Source of the DNA: Thermodesulfovibrionales bacterium
GTDB taxonomy: Bacteria; Nitrospirota; Thermodesulfovibrionia; Thermodesulfovibrionales; SM23-35
DNA length: 22,040 bases
Reading direction: 5' to 3'
Assembly (NCBI GenBank): GCA_963715195.1
Contig: CAVQRT010000005.1
Location: forward strand, 1-22,040
The notes under the pieces: model-generated
Database searches by the model: none
What the model was told of the DNA's origin: nothing
What the model saw: only the letters and a program-made list of their open reading frames with translations
Part shown: positions 1 to 9,155 of the stretch, piece by piece
Layout of the letters: every line of letters starts with the position of its first letter
How positions within the stretch are numbered: the first letter of the stretch is position 1
Position numbers and translations under genes: made by a program

Positions 1-3000
1 ATCAGCAGTCCCGTCACAGTCGTCATCTGCCTCATTACAAACATTTTCAGTGATACCGCTTGGAGTTCCAGTCTGACAGGCAGTCTCCGTACCATTTACA
101 CAAGTTGAACCTGTATTCCCAGCTGCACACTCACCAGGTAAGAAACAACTTTGATCTGATACATAATCTTCATCAGCTACACCATCGCAATCATCGTCTG
201 TACCGTCACACGTGGCATCGTCTGCGGCCGGTGTGCCAGGCATACACGTGTCATCCTGTGCTCCTCCTGTACAGGTAAGTACTCCAGCTGATGCACATGC
301 TCCAACACCGCATGATGTCGGATCGTTATACCAAATTTCTCCGGAACCGTCAGCAGTGCCTCCATTACAATCGTTGTCTATCGTGTCGCAGACCTCCGTT
401 GCGCCGGGGTTGATTGATGAATCAGTGTCATCGCAGTCAGAGCTATCCCCCAAAGGTCCCTCATACCCATCACCATCTGCATCGATATCACACGCATCGC
501 CTATACCATCCGTATCTGAATCTTCCTGGCCTGGATTGCTATCATCAGGACAGTTGTCACAGGCATCGCCTATGCCATCACCATCCGTATCACCCTGAGC
601 AGGATTAATATCATCAGGGCAATTGTCGCACAGATCGCCTATGCCATCAGTATCTGAGTCTGCCTGATCGGGGTTATAAACATCTGGGCAGTTGTCAGAA
701 TTATCACCAACACCATCGCCTTGATATCGATAGATGTCCCAAGAACTGCCATTATATTTCTGCCAAACAATTCTATTTGAAAAGACAGACGGGTAATAAT
801 TAGCCGAGGAATCCGTCGTTACCCGGTGAGGCGGCACTGCAGGCGTAGATAAATCGTATTCATAGATATCATAGTTGCCGTGAGTAGAATCCTGCCAAAC
901 AATGATGTTTCCAGAGATGGAAGGTGCTTTTTGATCATAAATACTGTCGGTAATCTGGGTTTCAATCCCCGTCGAAATCTCATACATATAAATGTCCCAT
1001 CGGCCATCCCTAAACTCTTGCCAGACGATTCGGTTTCCTGAGATTGTCGGTGCTTCTTGATTTCCTGGCTCATCGGTTATCCGGGTTTCGAACCCCTGTC
1101 GAAATGTCATACAAAAAAATGTCATAATTGCCAATATCTGTCGTCCTGCCAGACGATTTGGTCTCCAGAGATAGCCGGTTGTGATGAAGTCGAAATGTCG
1201 GTAGTAGTATTGACCTTGGTCTCTATCCCAGTAGATATATCGTACAGGAACACGTCCCATCTGCTCGCGCCGTTATCATAATTGTAGACAATGCGATTTC
1301 CTGATATCCGCGGATAAGATTGTGTTTGTGCATCGGAAGTTATCCGAGTTTCAGCTCCGTCGAACATGTAAATGTCCGTATTGCCATGCCTGTTATCGTG
1401 CCAGACGATACGGTCACCTGAAATAGATGGTCTCTCCTGACTTCCCGGGTCACTGGTTATCCGGCTTTCAGACCCGTCATATGAATAAATTTCAAAGTCG
1501 CCAACTCTGTAATCTTGCCAGACAACCCTATCCCCCCAAATTGAACTTAAGACGAAAAAGCCGGTGTTGGTATCAGCAACATCTTCCCTAATCCGGGTCT
1601 CACTTCTGTCAGAGTCTCGGCTCTCATTGTCATCCAAAGGAAATGCATCATTGAGGTCATCTACTCCATCACCGTCTGAGTCTGAATTCAATGAGTTAGT
1701 CCCGAAGACTGATTCTTCATAATCCGTGTAGTCCATCGCCATCATCATCTGCGTCTAAGCAGTCATCTATCCCATCAGAATCAGTATCACCCTCGTCAAC
1801 TTCACTATCACAGTCGTTGTCTATTCCATCGCATATCTCCGTAGCATCCGGATTTATGGATGAATCACCGTCATTGCAATCCCCCTCACATATCCTAAAG
1901 CCATCGGTGTCAGCATCCGCTTCATCAATAGGCACTTCCGTGTCACAATCATTGTCTATCCCATCACAGACTCTCGTTGCACCCGGATATGTATTGCCGT
2001 CATTGTCATCACAGTCAGTTTCAAGACCGGTTAGCTCTGTTGATACTTTATAACCCGCTGGTCTTTCACATGACGTGTTATCAACGGTTTGATCCGAGTA
2101 TCCATCATCATCCGCATCTTTCCACCAAGTCTGCCCAGGATGCTCGTTCGGATCAGCGTCATCACAATCAGTATTGTCAGCAACATATCCTCCTGGTGCA
2201 GAACATGCCTGAGTAGTTACCGAAGGATTGCCATAGGTGTCGCCATCGCTGTCCTGATAGAAAGTCATCAGAACTCCATTATCAACACTGCCGTCACAGT
2301 CATTGTCCAACCCATCACACGTTGTCTCGGTAACTTCATAAGTTGCAATACCGCTGTAATCATTAACCCAGCCGCCTGCGCCACTACAGGTCTTAGTTGA
2401 GCCCGAGCAGACGCCAGCCTGTAGGTCATTGAGCGGTGCTGTAAGGTCGTTATCAATAACACCGTCACAGTCGTTGTCTAATCCATCACAGACTTCTGAA
2501 GATGATTCTTCTGGTACGCAGGTGTCAGCTTGTGCTCCACCAGAACAAATAAACATACCGTTTGATGCACATTCTCCGACTCCGCAGTTGGTCGTTTGTT
2601 CATACCACGTTTCCCCGGAACCATCAGCAGTGCCTCCATTACAATCATTGTCTTTCGTGTCGCAGATCTCCGTTGCACCTGGATTAATTGAGGAATCGGT
2701 ATCATCGCTAGTCATAATTCATATATGAACCCGCACATTCACTTATATCCAATCCGCTTCTTCCGTAATTATCACCATCAGCATCTGTGCACGTATCACA
2801 TGCATCACCTATACCATCGGTATTAGTAGTTGAACCCGCACATTCACTCGCCACTTATATCCAATCCGCTTCTTCCGTAATTATCACCATCAGCATCTGT
2901 GACGTATCACACGCATCGCCTATACCATCAATCTGAATCTTCCTGGCCAGAATTCCATACGGTAGGACAGTTATCTGTAACATCTGGCACTCCATCCCCA

Positions 3001-6000
3001 TCTGTGTCAGTTTCGGTGGCTGTTGTGAAGCTCCATATGTAATCTGACAACATGCTGTTACCTGCACTATCTTTCACTCCTGTGGTGATAGTTGCAGTGT
3101 ATGTCGTGTTACTATTAAAGTTCGCATCTGGATTGAACGTCGCGGTTCTAATACCGGGATCGTATGACACGGTTCCCGTTACCCCGCCATTTAAATAAAA
3201 TGTCGTCCCGTTAATAGTTGTTTCATCCATGTTTTCGCTGAATGTTGCGGTGACATTGCTATCAACCGATACATCAGTTGCAGCATTGAGCGGATAAATG
3301 CTGCTTACTGTCGGGACTGATGTGTCGACATATCTGGAATAGAGATAGTATTCCACTGAACCCCTCTCACCGTGACTGAGCGTAGGGTTATAAATGATGA
3401 GCTCGGAAATATCGCCATTAAAATATTTGTCGTCACTCGCATCTCTTCCGATCTCATTCGCATATCCAGCCCCGCCGATAAATGTGGCAGCGACGAGGGC
3501 CTTTTCATCATCGTCTTTAACGAATGTAAAATGTGCAGGCTGATCTTTATCCAACCCATTATGCTGCAAGGTGACAATTGATATGGGTACAAAGTCTGAA
3601 GAGTAATTAGACGGCAAGGTCGTAATCCCATCAAATCCCCTGTAGCCGAAGTACGGTGAGTCCCCAATAAAGCCCAGATTTCCGGGTGCCCCAAAGCCGA
3701 AGAGCACTTCCTCATCAACGGTTGTTGTTCTCACCCTTAGCGGAACCACAGAGTCCTTTGAATCATCTGTCAATCTCAATGCAGCAAAGATAGAGAATCC
3801 ATTCCCAATGAGGTTGTTTATCCCGTAATCCAGGTAATCGTTCAAACCGTCAAAACGCAGGGTCGGCAGCCCGCCCGATCCATATTGGATCCACAGAGGT
3901 CGCCTGGACAGGTCTGTTTGTGTGGCATCGTTCAAAAAGCCGCTTTGGTCTGCCCATGCGCTTACATAATCTGTCACATCTTTCGTAATTCCAGCATCTG
4001 CCTTCAGCCAAAGCTGCATGCCAAGTGGCAGATAAAAGGACGAAATATAGGCAGAAGCGTCAACATAATCGCTCACCATGTTTGTCCCGGATAATGGCGG
4101 CCCCGATTCGCTTCCCCAGTAGTTAAACTGGGCATTGACTGTTATGGAACTACTCGTGTTCTGTACCGAGTACGTCGTGTTGTCAGCAATGTTGTTGCTG
4201 GCGACTCCCGATCCTCCGATCACCGGATTGGCATTAGACATACAATAGATACCGATGTCGTTTGAATGAATGGTGTTGTTGTAGACATCCGCATTGGCAG
4301 TCGTCAGATAGATGCCTTCGTTTGTATTGGAAGATATGGAGTTCCACTGTATTGTTGGATTAGAGCTAAGGACGTAAATCCCCTGGTCATTGTTCTTGAT
4401 GATATTTCCATCTATCATTATGGTGCTGCCTGTGTTATTCGCGAGATTTATGCCTCTTCCAGCGTTATCCCTGATGATATTATTGCCGATAAAGTGGTTC
4501 CCCGATGAGCTGGTTATAACGACTCCGTGAAGGTGCGTGTTTCTAATTACGGAGTTGGTCAGTGTGAGATTTCCAGTCCCGCTTTTGTACACTGCGCAGT
4601 TACCCGAAGTATAGCCAGCGTAACTGATTTCGCAATAATCCAATGTTGCAGAACTGTTGGTGTCTATCCAAATTGGTCCCCACCAGTTTGGTGCCGGAGA
4701 AATTTCGGGCTCGTCACCATTGCTGTCACCGCCAACGGTATCATCACTGTCAGCGGTGAAGTAAATCTTGTTTGCCGGATCTCCCACTGCATTGAGTGTC
4801 CCATTATTGATACTCAGATATTTGGACTGCGCAAACTTGATAATTCTTCCCGGTGCTATCGTAAGGGTAATGCCGCTGTTGACCGTCACATTATCATTTA
4901 TATAATAGACTCGTGTGCTCGCCCAGGTGGTATTGCTGCTGATATAGCCGGTTTCAACATATACGGGGTCTGTAATCTCTGAGTCGTAGTTGGAGGCGGC
5001 ACCGGAAGCACTTGCAGAAAACCCCATGGCGCCAAGGGCGTTGAAGGTAGGCGGAGGTCCTGCAACGCCAAAATTATTACCGCTGATAGTTGGCACCGAT
5101 GTGCCGTCAAGATATATACCGTATCCCCCATTGTCCTCTATGTAACAGTTGCTGATATCAGGACTGCTGTTCCACAGGCTTATTCCATGGTCGGCATTGT
5201 TTCTGATTGTGCTGTTGTTTATCGAAATTACGCCGCTCGCACCGTAAAGGTCTATTCCGCTATAAGTGCTATCCTCTATGGTGCTTCCGCTGATGGTTAC
5301 ATCCGCTGATCCAATGTTTACCTGGACGCCATAGCCCTTTGTGTGGGTTATTTTAGAATTGATTAGCGAGAGGCTTCCCGTCCCCGACTTATAAATTGCA
5401 TAATTGGTGTCTCCCGCATACCTGACTTCACAGTGACTCAGCGTCGCATGGGCGCCGTTCACTACATAAATTAATCGCCAGTGGCCTCTGCCCGGACTAC
5501 CGCCGGCTCCATCCGTATCCCCGCCCACGGTATCATCACTGTCAGCGGTGAAGTAGATCTTGTTTCCGAGTGACCCAATTGCATTCAATGTCCCACTGAT
5601 ATAGAAGCGCACCTTGGATGCAAACTTGATGACGACTCCTGGATCTATCGTAAGGGTAACACCCCCGTTGACCGTAACTTCGCCCTTTAGATAGTAAACC
5701 CTGCTGCTCTGCCACGCGGCGTTGGAGTAAACAGTTCCAGCCACTACATATACCGGCTCTGTCGGGAGGATTCCATCATAGTTTTGAGCTGCATCCGCAG
5801 CGTCCGGAGAAAACCCCATAGAACCGGAGGGATTACCGCTCGCGTTGGCAGCAGTAAAACTATCAATAGTCGGGGCAGATATGCTGTCTACAGCATCTAA
5901 ATATATGCCGAAAGTACCATTGTCCTGAATAGTACAATTTTGTATATCAGGATTACTTTCCTGTACCAATATCCCATTAGCCGTGTTGTTGCATATGGTA

Positions 6001-6689
6001 CTGTCGATTATTGAAATATTGGTTGAATTATATAGGCGTATTCCACTCCACTCGCTATGCTCAATTGTAGTTACATTATCGATTACAACAGGTGCTGCTG
6101 AGCTATATATCTCAACTCCATAGCCAGATGAGTAAATTACTTTCGTGTGGTCGAGGGTGAGGCTGCCGGTACTCCCTGTCTTGAATAGTGCTCTCTTATA
6201 ACTCGCTCCGGTATACCTCACTTCAGTGTAATTCAGTGTCGCCGATCCATTTTCATACACAGAGATACCTGCCCACCAGTTTGGTGCCGGAGAAATTTCG
6301 GGCTCGTCACCATTGATGTCACCGCCAACGGTATCATCGCGGTAGTCAGTGAAATATATGGTGTTTCCGTCACCGGAGGTCCCGTTTGCATTCAGCGTCC
6401 CATATACCGCAAGGTATTTGTTTTGCGCAAATTTGACAACAGCACCCGCTTCTATATCGAGGACAACTCCGCTATTGACAGTAACATGGTCGACGACATA
6501 GTAAGGGCTGTTTGCCAGAGTCCATGTTGTATTCGTAGATGATCCGGAGACAGTTGTGGTTGCATTCAGAAGAGAAGGCACTATGATTCCCGAGACAAGA
6601 AAGGCGAAAATAAAAACGATAAAGCTTCTGCATATAACATTTCTATTTCTTATCGATGCCTTGCCAAACATATCCTTGCCCTTTTTCAT
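1..6689 (-). CDS. Giant secreted/surface protein (>2200 aa, runs off the window start; split by probable sequence-error frameshifts). Domains: signal peptide, 3 right-handed beta-helix modules, LamG/ConA-like domain, Ig-like (Big_5-type) domain, thrombospondin type-3-like Ca-binding repeats, MopE-like Cys/Asp repeats and a 7-blade beta-propeller
   Basis: ORFs 2928..6689, 1717..2715, 1122..1748 and an open frame 1092..1 join end to end with motif continuity ([12 protein letters not shown], [25 protein letters not shown], PxISGxRIVWQDxR). ATG 6689 is preceded by GGGGGG and followed by a hydrophobic signal-like segment. Confidence 0.85.
721..1607 (-). other. Seven-blade beta-propeller domain within the giant protein (resembles the Methanosarcina-type surface beta-propeller repeat)
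   Basis: Seven ~40-aa repeats ETRIT..Q..P.ISG.RIVWQD.R.G..DIY.YD, read across small frameshifts at ~1134 and ~1093. Confidence 0.8.
1717..2715 (-). CDS. Middle fragment of the giant protein: MopE-like putative metal-binding repeats
   Basis: Repeated [20 protein letters not shown] and DCDDxDxxxxPGA motifs. It has no signal peptide or RBS of its own, so it is a fragment. Confidence 0.8.
   Translation of the reverse strand: MTSDDTDSSINPGATEICDTKDNDCNGGTADGSGETWYEQTTNCGVGECASNGMFICSGGAQADTCVPEESSSEVCDGLDNDCDGVIDNDLTAPLNDLQAGVCSGSTKTCSGAGGWVNDYSGIATYEVTETTCDGLDNDCDGSVDNGVLMTFYQDSDGDTYGNPSVTTQACSAPGGYVADNTDCDDADPNEHPGQTWWKDADDDGYSDQTVDNTSCERPAGYKVSTELTGLETDCDDNDGNTYPGATRVCDGIDNDCDTEVPIDEADADTDGFRICEGDCNDGDSSINPDATEICDGIDNDCDSEVDEGDTDSDGIDDCLDADDDGDGLHGL
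2726..2929. repeat. Imperfect ~95-bp tandem duplication with indels (probable assembly/consensus artefact)
   Basis: tgaacccgcacattcact..tatatccaatccgcttcttccgtaattatcaccatcagcatctgtg..tataccatc occurs at 2726-2818 and 2831-2929, and the reading frame is broken several times here. Confidence 0.75.
2928..6689 (-). CDS. N-terminal part of the giant protein: beta-helix repeats + LamG-like + Ig-like domain
   Basis: 1253-aa ORF. Three modules of TxWxxxxxYY..VTVxxGVTLTIxPG..KFA..IYFT..DDTVGGD with IxNNxxxGI beta-helix coils; [37 protein letters not shown] (LamG-like); [39 protein letters not shown] (Big_5-like). Confidence 0.85.
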   Translation of the reverse strand: MKKGKDMFGKASIRNRNVICRSFIVFIFAFLVSGIIVPSLLNATTTVSGSSTNTTWTLANSPYYVVDHVTVNSGVVLDIEAGAVVKFAQNKYLAVYGTLNANGTSGDGNTIYFTDYRDDTVGGDINGDEPEISPAPNWWAGISVYENGSATLNYTEVRYTGASYKRALFKTGSTGSLTLDHTKVIYSSGYGVEIYSSAAPVVIDNVTTIEHSEWSGIRLYNSTNISIIDSTICNNTANGILVQESNPDIQNCTIQDNGTFGIYLDAVDSISAPTIDSFTAANASGNPSGSMGFSPDAADAAQNYDGILPTEPVYVVAGTVYSNAAWQSSRVYYLKGEVTVNGGVTLTIDPGVVIKFASKVRFYISGTLNAIGSLGNKIYFTADSDDTVGGDTDGAGGSPGRGHWRLIYVVNGAHATLSHCEVRYAGDTNYAIYKSGTGSLSLINSKITHTKGYGVQVNIGSADVTISGSTIEDSTYSGIDLYGASGVISINNSTIRNNADHGISLWNSSPDISNCYIEDNGGYGIYLDGTSVPTISGNNFGVAGPPPTFNALGAMGFSASASGAASNYDSEITDPVYVETGYISSNTTWASTRVYYINDNVTVNSGITLTIAPGRIIKFAQSKYLSINNGTLNAVGDPANKIYFTADSDDTVGGDSNGDEPEISPAPNWWGPIWIDTNSSATLDYCEISYAGYTSGNCAVYKSGTGNLTLTNSVIRNTHLHGVVITSSSGNHFIGNNIIRDNAGRGINLANNTGSTIMIDGNIIKNNDQGIYVLSSNPTIQWNSISSNTNEGIYLTTANADVYNNTIHSNDIGIYCMSNANPVIGGSGVASNNIADNTTYSVQNTSSSITVNAQFNYWGSESGPPLSGTNMVSDYVDASAYISSFYLPLGMQLWLKADAGITKDVTDYVSAWADQSGFLNDATQTDLSRRPLWIQYGSGGLPTLRFDGLNDYLDYGINNLIGNGFSIFAALRLTDDSKDSVVPLRVRTTTVDEEVLFGFGAPGNLGFIGDSPYFGYRGFDGITTLPSNYSSDFVPISIVTLQHNGLDKDQPAHFTFVKDDDEKALVAATFIGGAGYANEIGRDASDDKYFNGDISELIIYNPTLSHGERGSVEYYLYSRYVDTSVPTVSSIYPLNAATDVSVDSNVTATFSENMDETTINGTTFYLNGGVTGTVSYDPGIRTATFNPDANFNSNTTYTATITTGVKDSAGNSMLSDYIWSFTTATETDTDGDGVPDVTDNCPTVWNSGQEDSD

Positions 6690-6811
6690 TTTCTTGCCCC
6701 CCTGTAAATGAAAGCCTTCTGTTCTGTGTATATGCTTTTAATCCCCATAATTATCCGTAACGTATTTTCTTCAGCTGAATGCCTCGTTCTTTTCATTCTT
6801 TAACTACCCAT

Positions 6812-6856
6812 AAAAAAACAAAAGGCTGGCACCAAGAAACACGCCAGCCTCTTGTT
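6812..6856 (-). terminator. Intrinsic terminator in the region upstream of the giant gene
   Basis: Minus strand AACAAGAGGCTGGC-GTGTTTCTTGGT-GCCAGCCTTTTGTTTTTTT: a GC-rich stem followed by a U tract. Confidence 0.75.
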
Positions 6857-7067
6857 ATGAAAATTTGTATTACAAAAAGAATTTACAGAATCAGCATTCT
6901 CACGACGTATTTGAAACAAACTTCATGACCATCCTGGCAGCCTCCCCCAAAGATTTTTCGTATGAAGAAACTTCTCGCTGTGATTTCCTTCATACTGTGC
7001 CCGGAGATTCAGTCCCCCACTTTCCACTGAAAAAAATTGCCTCGTTATCTCCCCTTCTTTACAAAAC

Positions 7068-7103
7068 ATTAAACCCCATGAGAGGTTACAGATAGGTTAC
7101 AGA
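7068..7103 (-). promoter_or_regulatory. Putative activator-dependent promoter, copy A: TGTAACC-N4-TGTAACC direct repeat, 10 bp, then a TTTAAT -10-like hexamer
   Basis: GGTTACA at 7084-7090 and 7095-7101 (11-bp period). 34 of 36 bp are identical to the copy at 9120-9155. Confidence 0.6.
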
Positions 7104-7230
7104 AAAAGCGCTAAAGGCCGAAGTGCTGAAGCTCTGAAAGCTTTTTTCATATATTTATCAAGGTAATAGCACTTTTTATAAAAGTAATTTGCTATCATAT
7201 GTGTTTTCAGGAAAATGTATAGATATTCAA

Positions 7231-8634
7231 TCAAATATCATCGACATTCACTACTCTCAGGATGGCTCCTATTTGGTTAACATCATTATTCAGTTTGTCC
7301 ATCAGCCGGTTTAGATCTAAGCGATGCTCATCCTTATAAAAAAGGAACAGCCCCATCATCTTCTCTCTCTTTCTGTCGCGAGGCTGATTTGATAGTCCCA
7401 TTTTTTGCATCAACGGCATAAGTGTATCGGTTATCTCAGAAACATTGTTAAATCTTTCTGCCGGGTCTCTCCGTATGCTCTTTACGATAACGCTCTGGAG
7501 TTCCTCCGGAAGATCGGGAATCAGAATACGAGGGTCCGGAGTATTTTCGTTTAAATGCAATTGCAGCAATTCCCCAAGATCGTCTTCAGGAAACGGCCTT
7601 TTCCCGGTGAGCAATTCGTAGACCATGATCCCAAGAGAATAGATGTCTGTACGTTCATCAACCGGTTCACCCTGTATCTGTTCGGGAGACATATAAAAAA
7701 GAGTGCCGGGCATATTGAAATCCATGCTGCCTTGCGGACATGCAAGGCCGAAATCGACAATCTTTGCCTGCCCGTCCGGTTGTATATAAATATTGGAAGG
7801 CTTGATATCCTGATGGATGATACCTTGTTTATGGGCGTATTCCAATCCGGAACACACCTGTAAAATAATATCCAAAAGCACGGAAAGTGATGGCCTCGGC
7901 ATATTTGCGAGTAGATATTCAAGAGAAGATCCCTCGAGGAATTCCATGATAATAAAGACCGTCCGGAAACGTTCTTCTATGTCGTACACTTTCACAATAT
8001 TCGGATTGTTCAGACGGGCTATGGTCTTTGCTTCGTACTCGAACTTTTCCAAGAACTCAGGATCCATGGCAATATTATGTTTCAGCATCTTAACGGCAAC
8101 CGGAAAATTCAGAATAGTATGTATACCCTTATAAACGATGCTCCATGCCCCCTGGTCAACGATGTCACGTATGGTATATTTTCCGATAGTCCTGTTGGCA
8201 GTAATTTTTGAGGAAGAAAACCGTTGTGCAACTATCTCGGTCAAGAAATTTCTGAGATCGGGAAATTCATGACAGAGGATATCGAATTTTTCCCTTGTAA
8301 GACTCCATAAATCCATATCTGTTTCGGCATCAACATGAGTGCTCCGCGGTTCACCTGTTAACACCGCCATCTCTCCCACTACGTCTCCGGCTTTTAGGCG
8401 AGCGACTGAATTCAAAGTATTATCCTTTTCTAAATTAACGATGCACGATCCACTTTGGATAATATAAAGACTGTCTCCCTCATCTCCTTGTGTGATAAAT
8501 CTCTCTCCTGCTTTAACCTGTTTGAATTCCAAATTGTCCAACAATGGAGCGATTGAATCATGGGGTATAGAAGTCAAGAGTTTTGTACTCAGAAGGAACT
8601 CAACAGTGGATACCTCGTGATCTCCCCTTCTCAA
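7231..8634 (-). CDS. Cyclic-nucleotide-binding domain fused to a Hanks-type Ser/Thr protein kinase
   Basis: N-terminus ITQGDEGDSLYIIQSG..GDVVGEMAVLTGEPRST (cNMP phosphate-binding cassette). Kinase motifs VAVK, HQDIKPSN, DFG, YMSPEQ and DIYSLG. The TTG start overlaps the upstream TGA. Confidence 0.92.
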   Translation of the reverse strand: MRRGDHEVSTVEFLLSTKLLTSIPHDSIAPLLDNLEFKQVKAGERFITQGDEGDSLYIIQSGSCIVNLEKDNTLNSVARLKAGDVVGEMAVLTGEPRSTHVDAETDMDLWSLTREKFDILCHEFPDLRNFLTEIVAQRFSSSKITANRTIGKYTIRDIVDQGAWSIVYKGIHTILNFPVAVKMLKHNIAMDPEFLEKFEYEAKTIARLNNPNIVKVYDIEERFRTVFIIMEFLEGSSLEYLLANMPRPSLSVLLDIILQVCSGLEYAHKQGIIHQDIKPSNIYIQPDGQAKIVDFGLACPQGSMDFNMPGTLFYMSPEQIQGEPVDERTDIYSLGIMVYELLTGKRPFPEDDLGELLQLHLNENTPDPRILIPDLPEELQSVIVKSIRRDPAERFNNVSEITDTLMPLMQKMGLSNQPRDRKREKMMGLFLFYKDEHRLDLNRLMDKLNNDVNQIGAILRVVNVDDI

Positions 8635-9098
8635 TGCAAGTCACCTTCCACGATCTTGAAACCCGCCATAGTCAGGGGTGGGTCAATTTTACTGTCTATC
8701 CACATGACCTGAGCTTTTACCTTTGAATCCCCCGCCTTGATATTCATCCTCTTCCCAATTGGCAAAGCTATCTTCTTATTCAACTCGATCCCAATTCCAT
8801 GGTGAGAAGCATTCGTGAGAGTTGCATTGACTCTCTTTTTATGAAGTAAAAATGAAAGTGGAATCTGTTTTTCAGTTCGAGGTTCATTCCTGCGCTCAAC
8901 TCCATGTGATGCGACAGACGATATGTCGTGCACTTTTAATTTTTTCTGCCCATTCTTACCCGATTTCAGGATGCTCCAGAGTTCATCATAGGTAATAAAT
9001 ATTTCTTTCCCCTTAACTCCAACTTTTTCTACCACGCCGAGAATACTCCGGGGTTTATTTTTCTCTTTTCGAAAAATCCGGACAACATAGGTTTCCAA
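8631..9098 (-). CDS. PilZ-domain protein (c-di-GMP receptor) with a small N-terminal domain of unknown function
   Basis: ERRNEPR (RxxxR) and NASHHG (D/NxSxxG) motifs. The likely start is TTG 9098 after AAGGAGGAGA, rather than ATG 9131, which falls inside the promoter block. Confidence 0.8.
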   Translation of the reverse strand: METYVVRIFRKEKNKPRSILGVVEKVGVKGKEIFITYDELWSILKSGKNGQKKLKVHDISSVASHGVERRNEPRTEKQIPLSFLLHKKRVNATLTNASHHGIGIELNKKIALPIGKRMNIKAGDSKVKAQVMWIDSKIDPPLTMAGFKIVEGDLH

Positions 9099-9119
9099 AA
9101 TCTCCTCCTTTTGGAGAAT

Positions 9120-9155
9120 ATTAAAACCCATGGGAGGTTACAGATAGGTTACAGA
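9120..9155 (-). promoter_or_regulatory. Putative activator-dependent promoter, copy B (same direct repeat and -10-like hexamer)
   Basis: GGTTACA at 9136-9142 and 9147-9153. Minus strand TGTAACCTATCTGTAACC-TCCCATGGGT-TTTAAT lies just upstream of the PilZ RBS. Confidence 0.62.

Noticed and set aside
2726..2929. Biological tandem duplication or phase-variation switch
   Set aside because: The copies differ by scattered indels and garbled junctions typical of consensus errors; it cannot be supported without reads.
60..5131. Numerous short Ser/Pro/His-rich ORFs on the + strand and in alternative frames
   Set aside because: They are shadows of the Asp/Gly/Cys-rich repeats of the - strand giant gene.
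6925..7045. Canonical c-di-GMP-I or c-di-AMP riboswitch as an annotated feature
   Set aside because: Core consensus elements such as GGCAAACC and GACGCAAAGC are not matched; kept only as a low-confidence finding.
6865..7095. 76-aa + strand ORF
   Set aside because: TTG start without an RBS and no motifs; it overlaps the putative leader and promoter.
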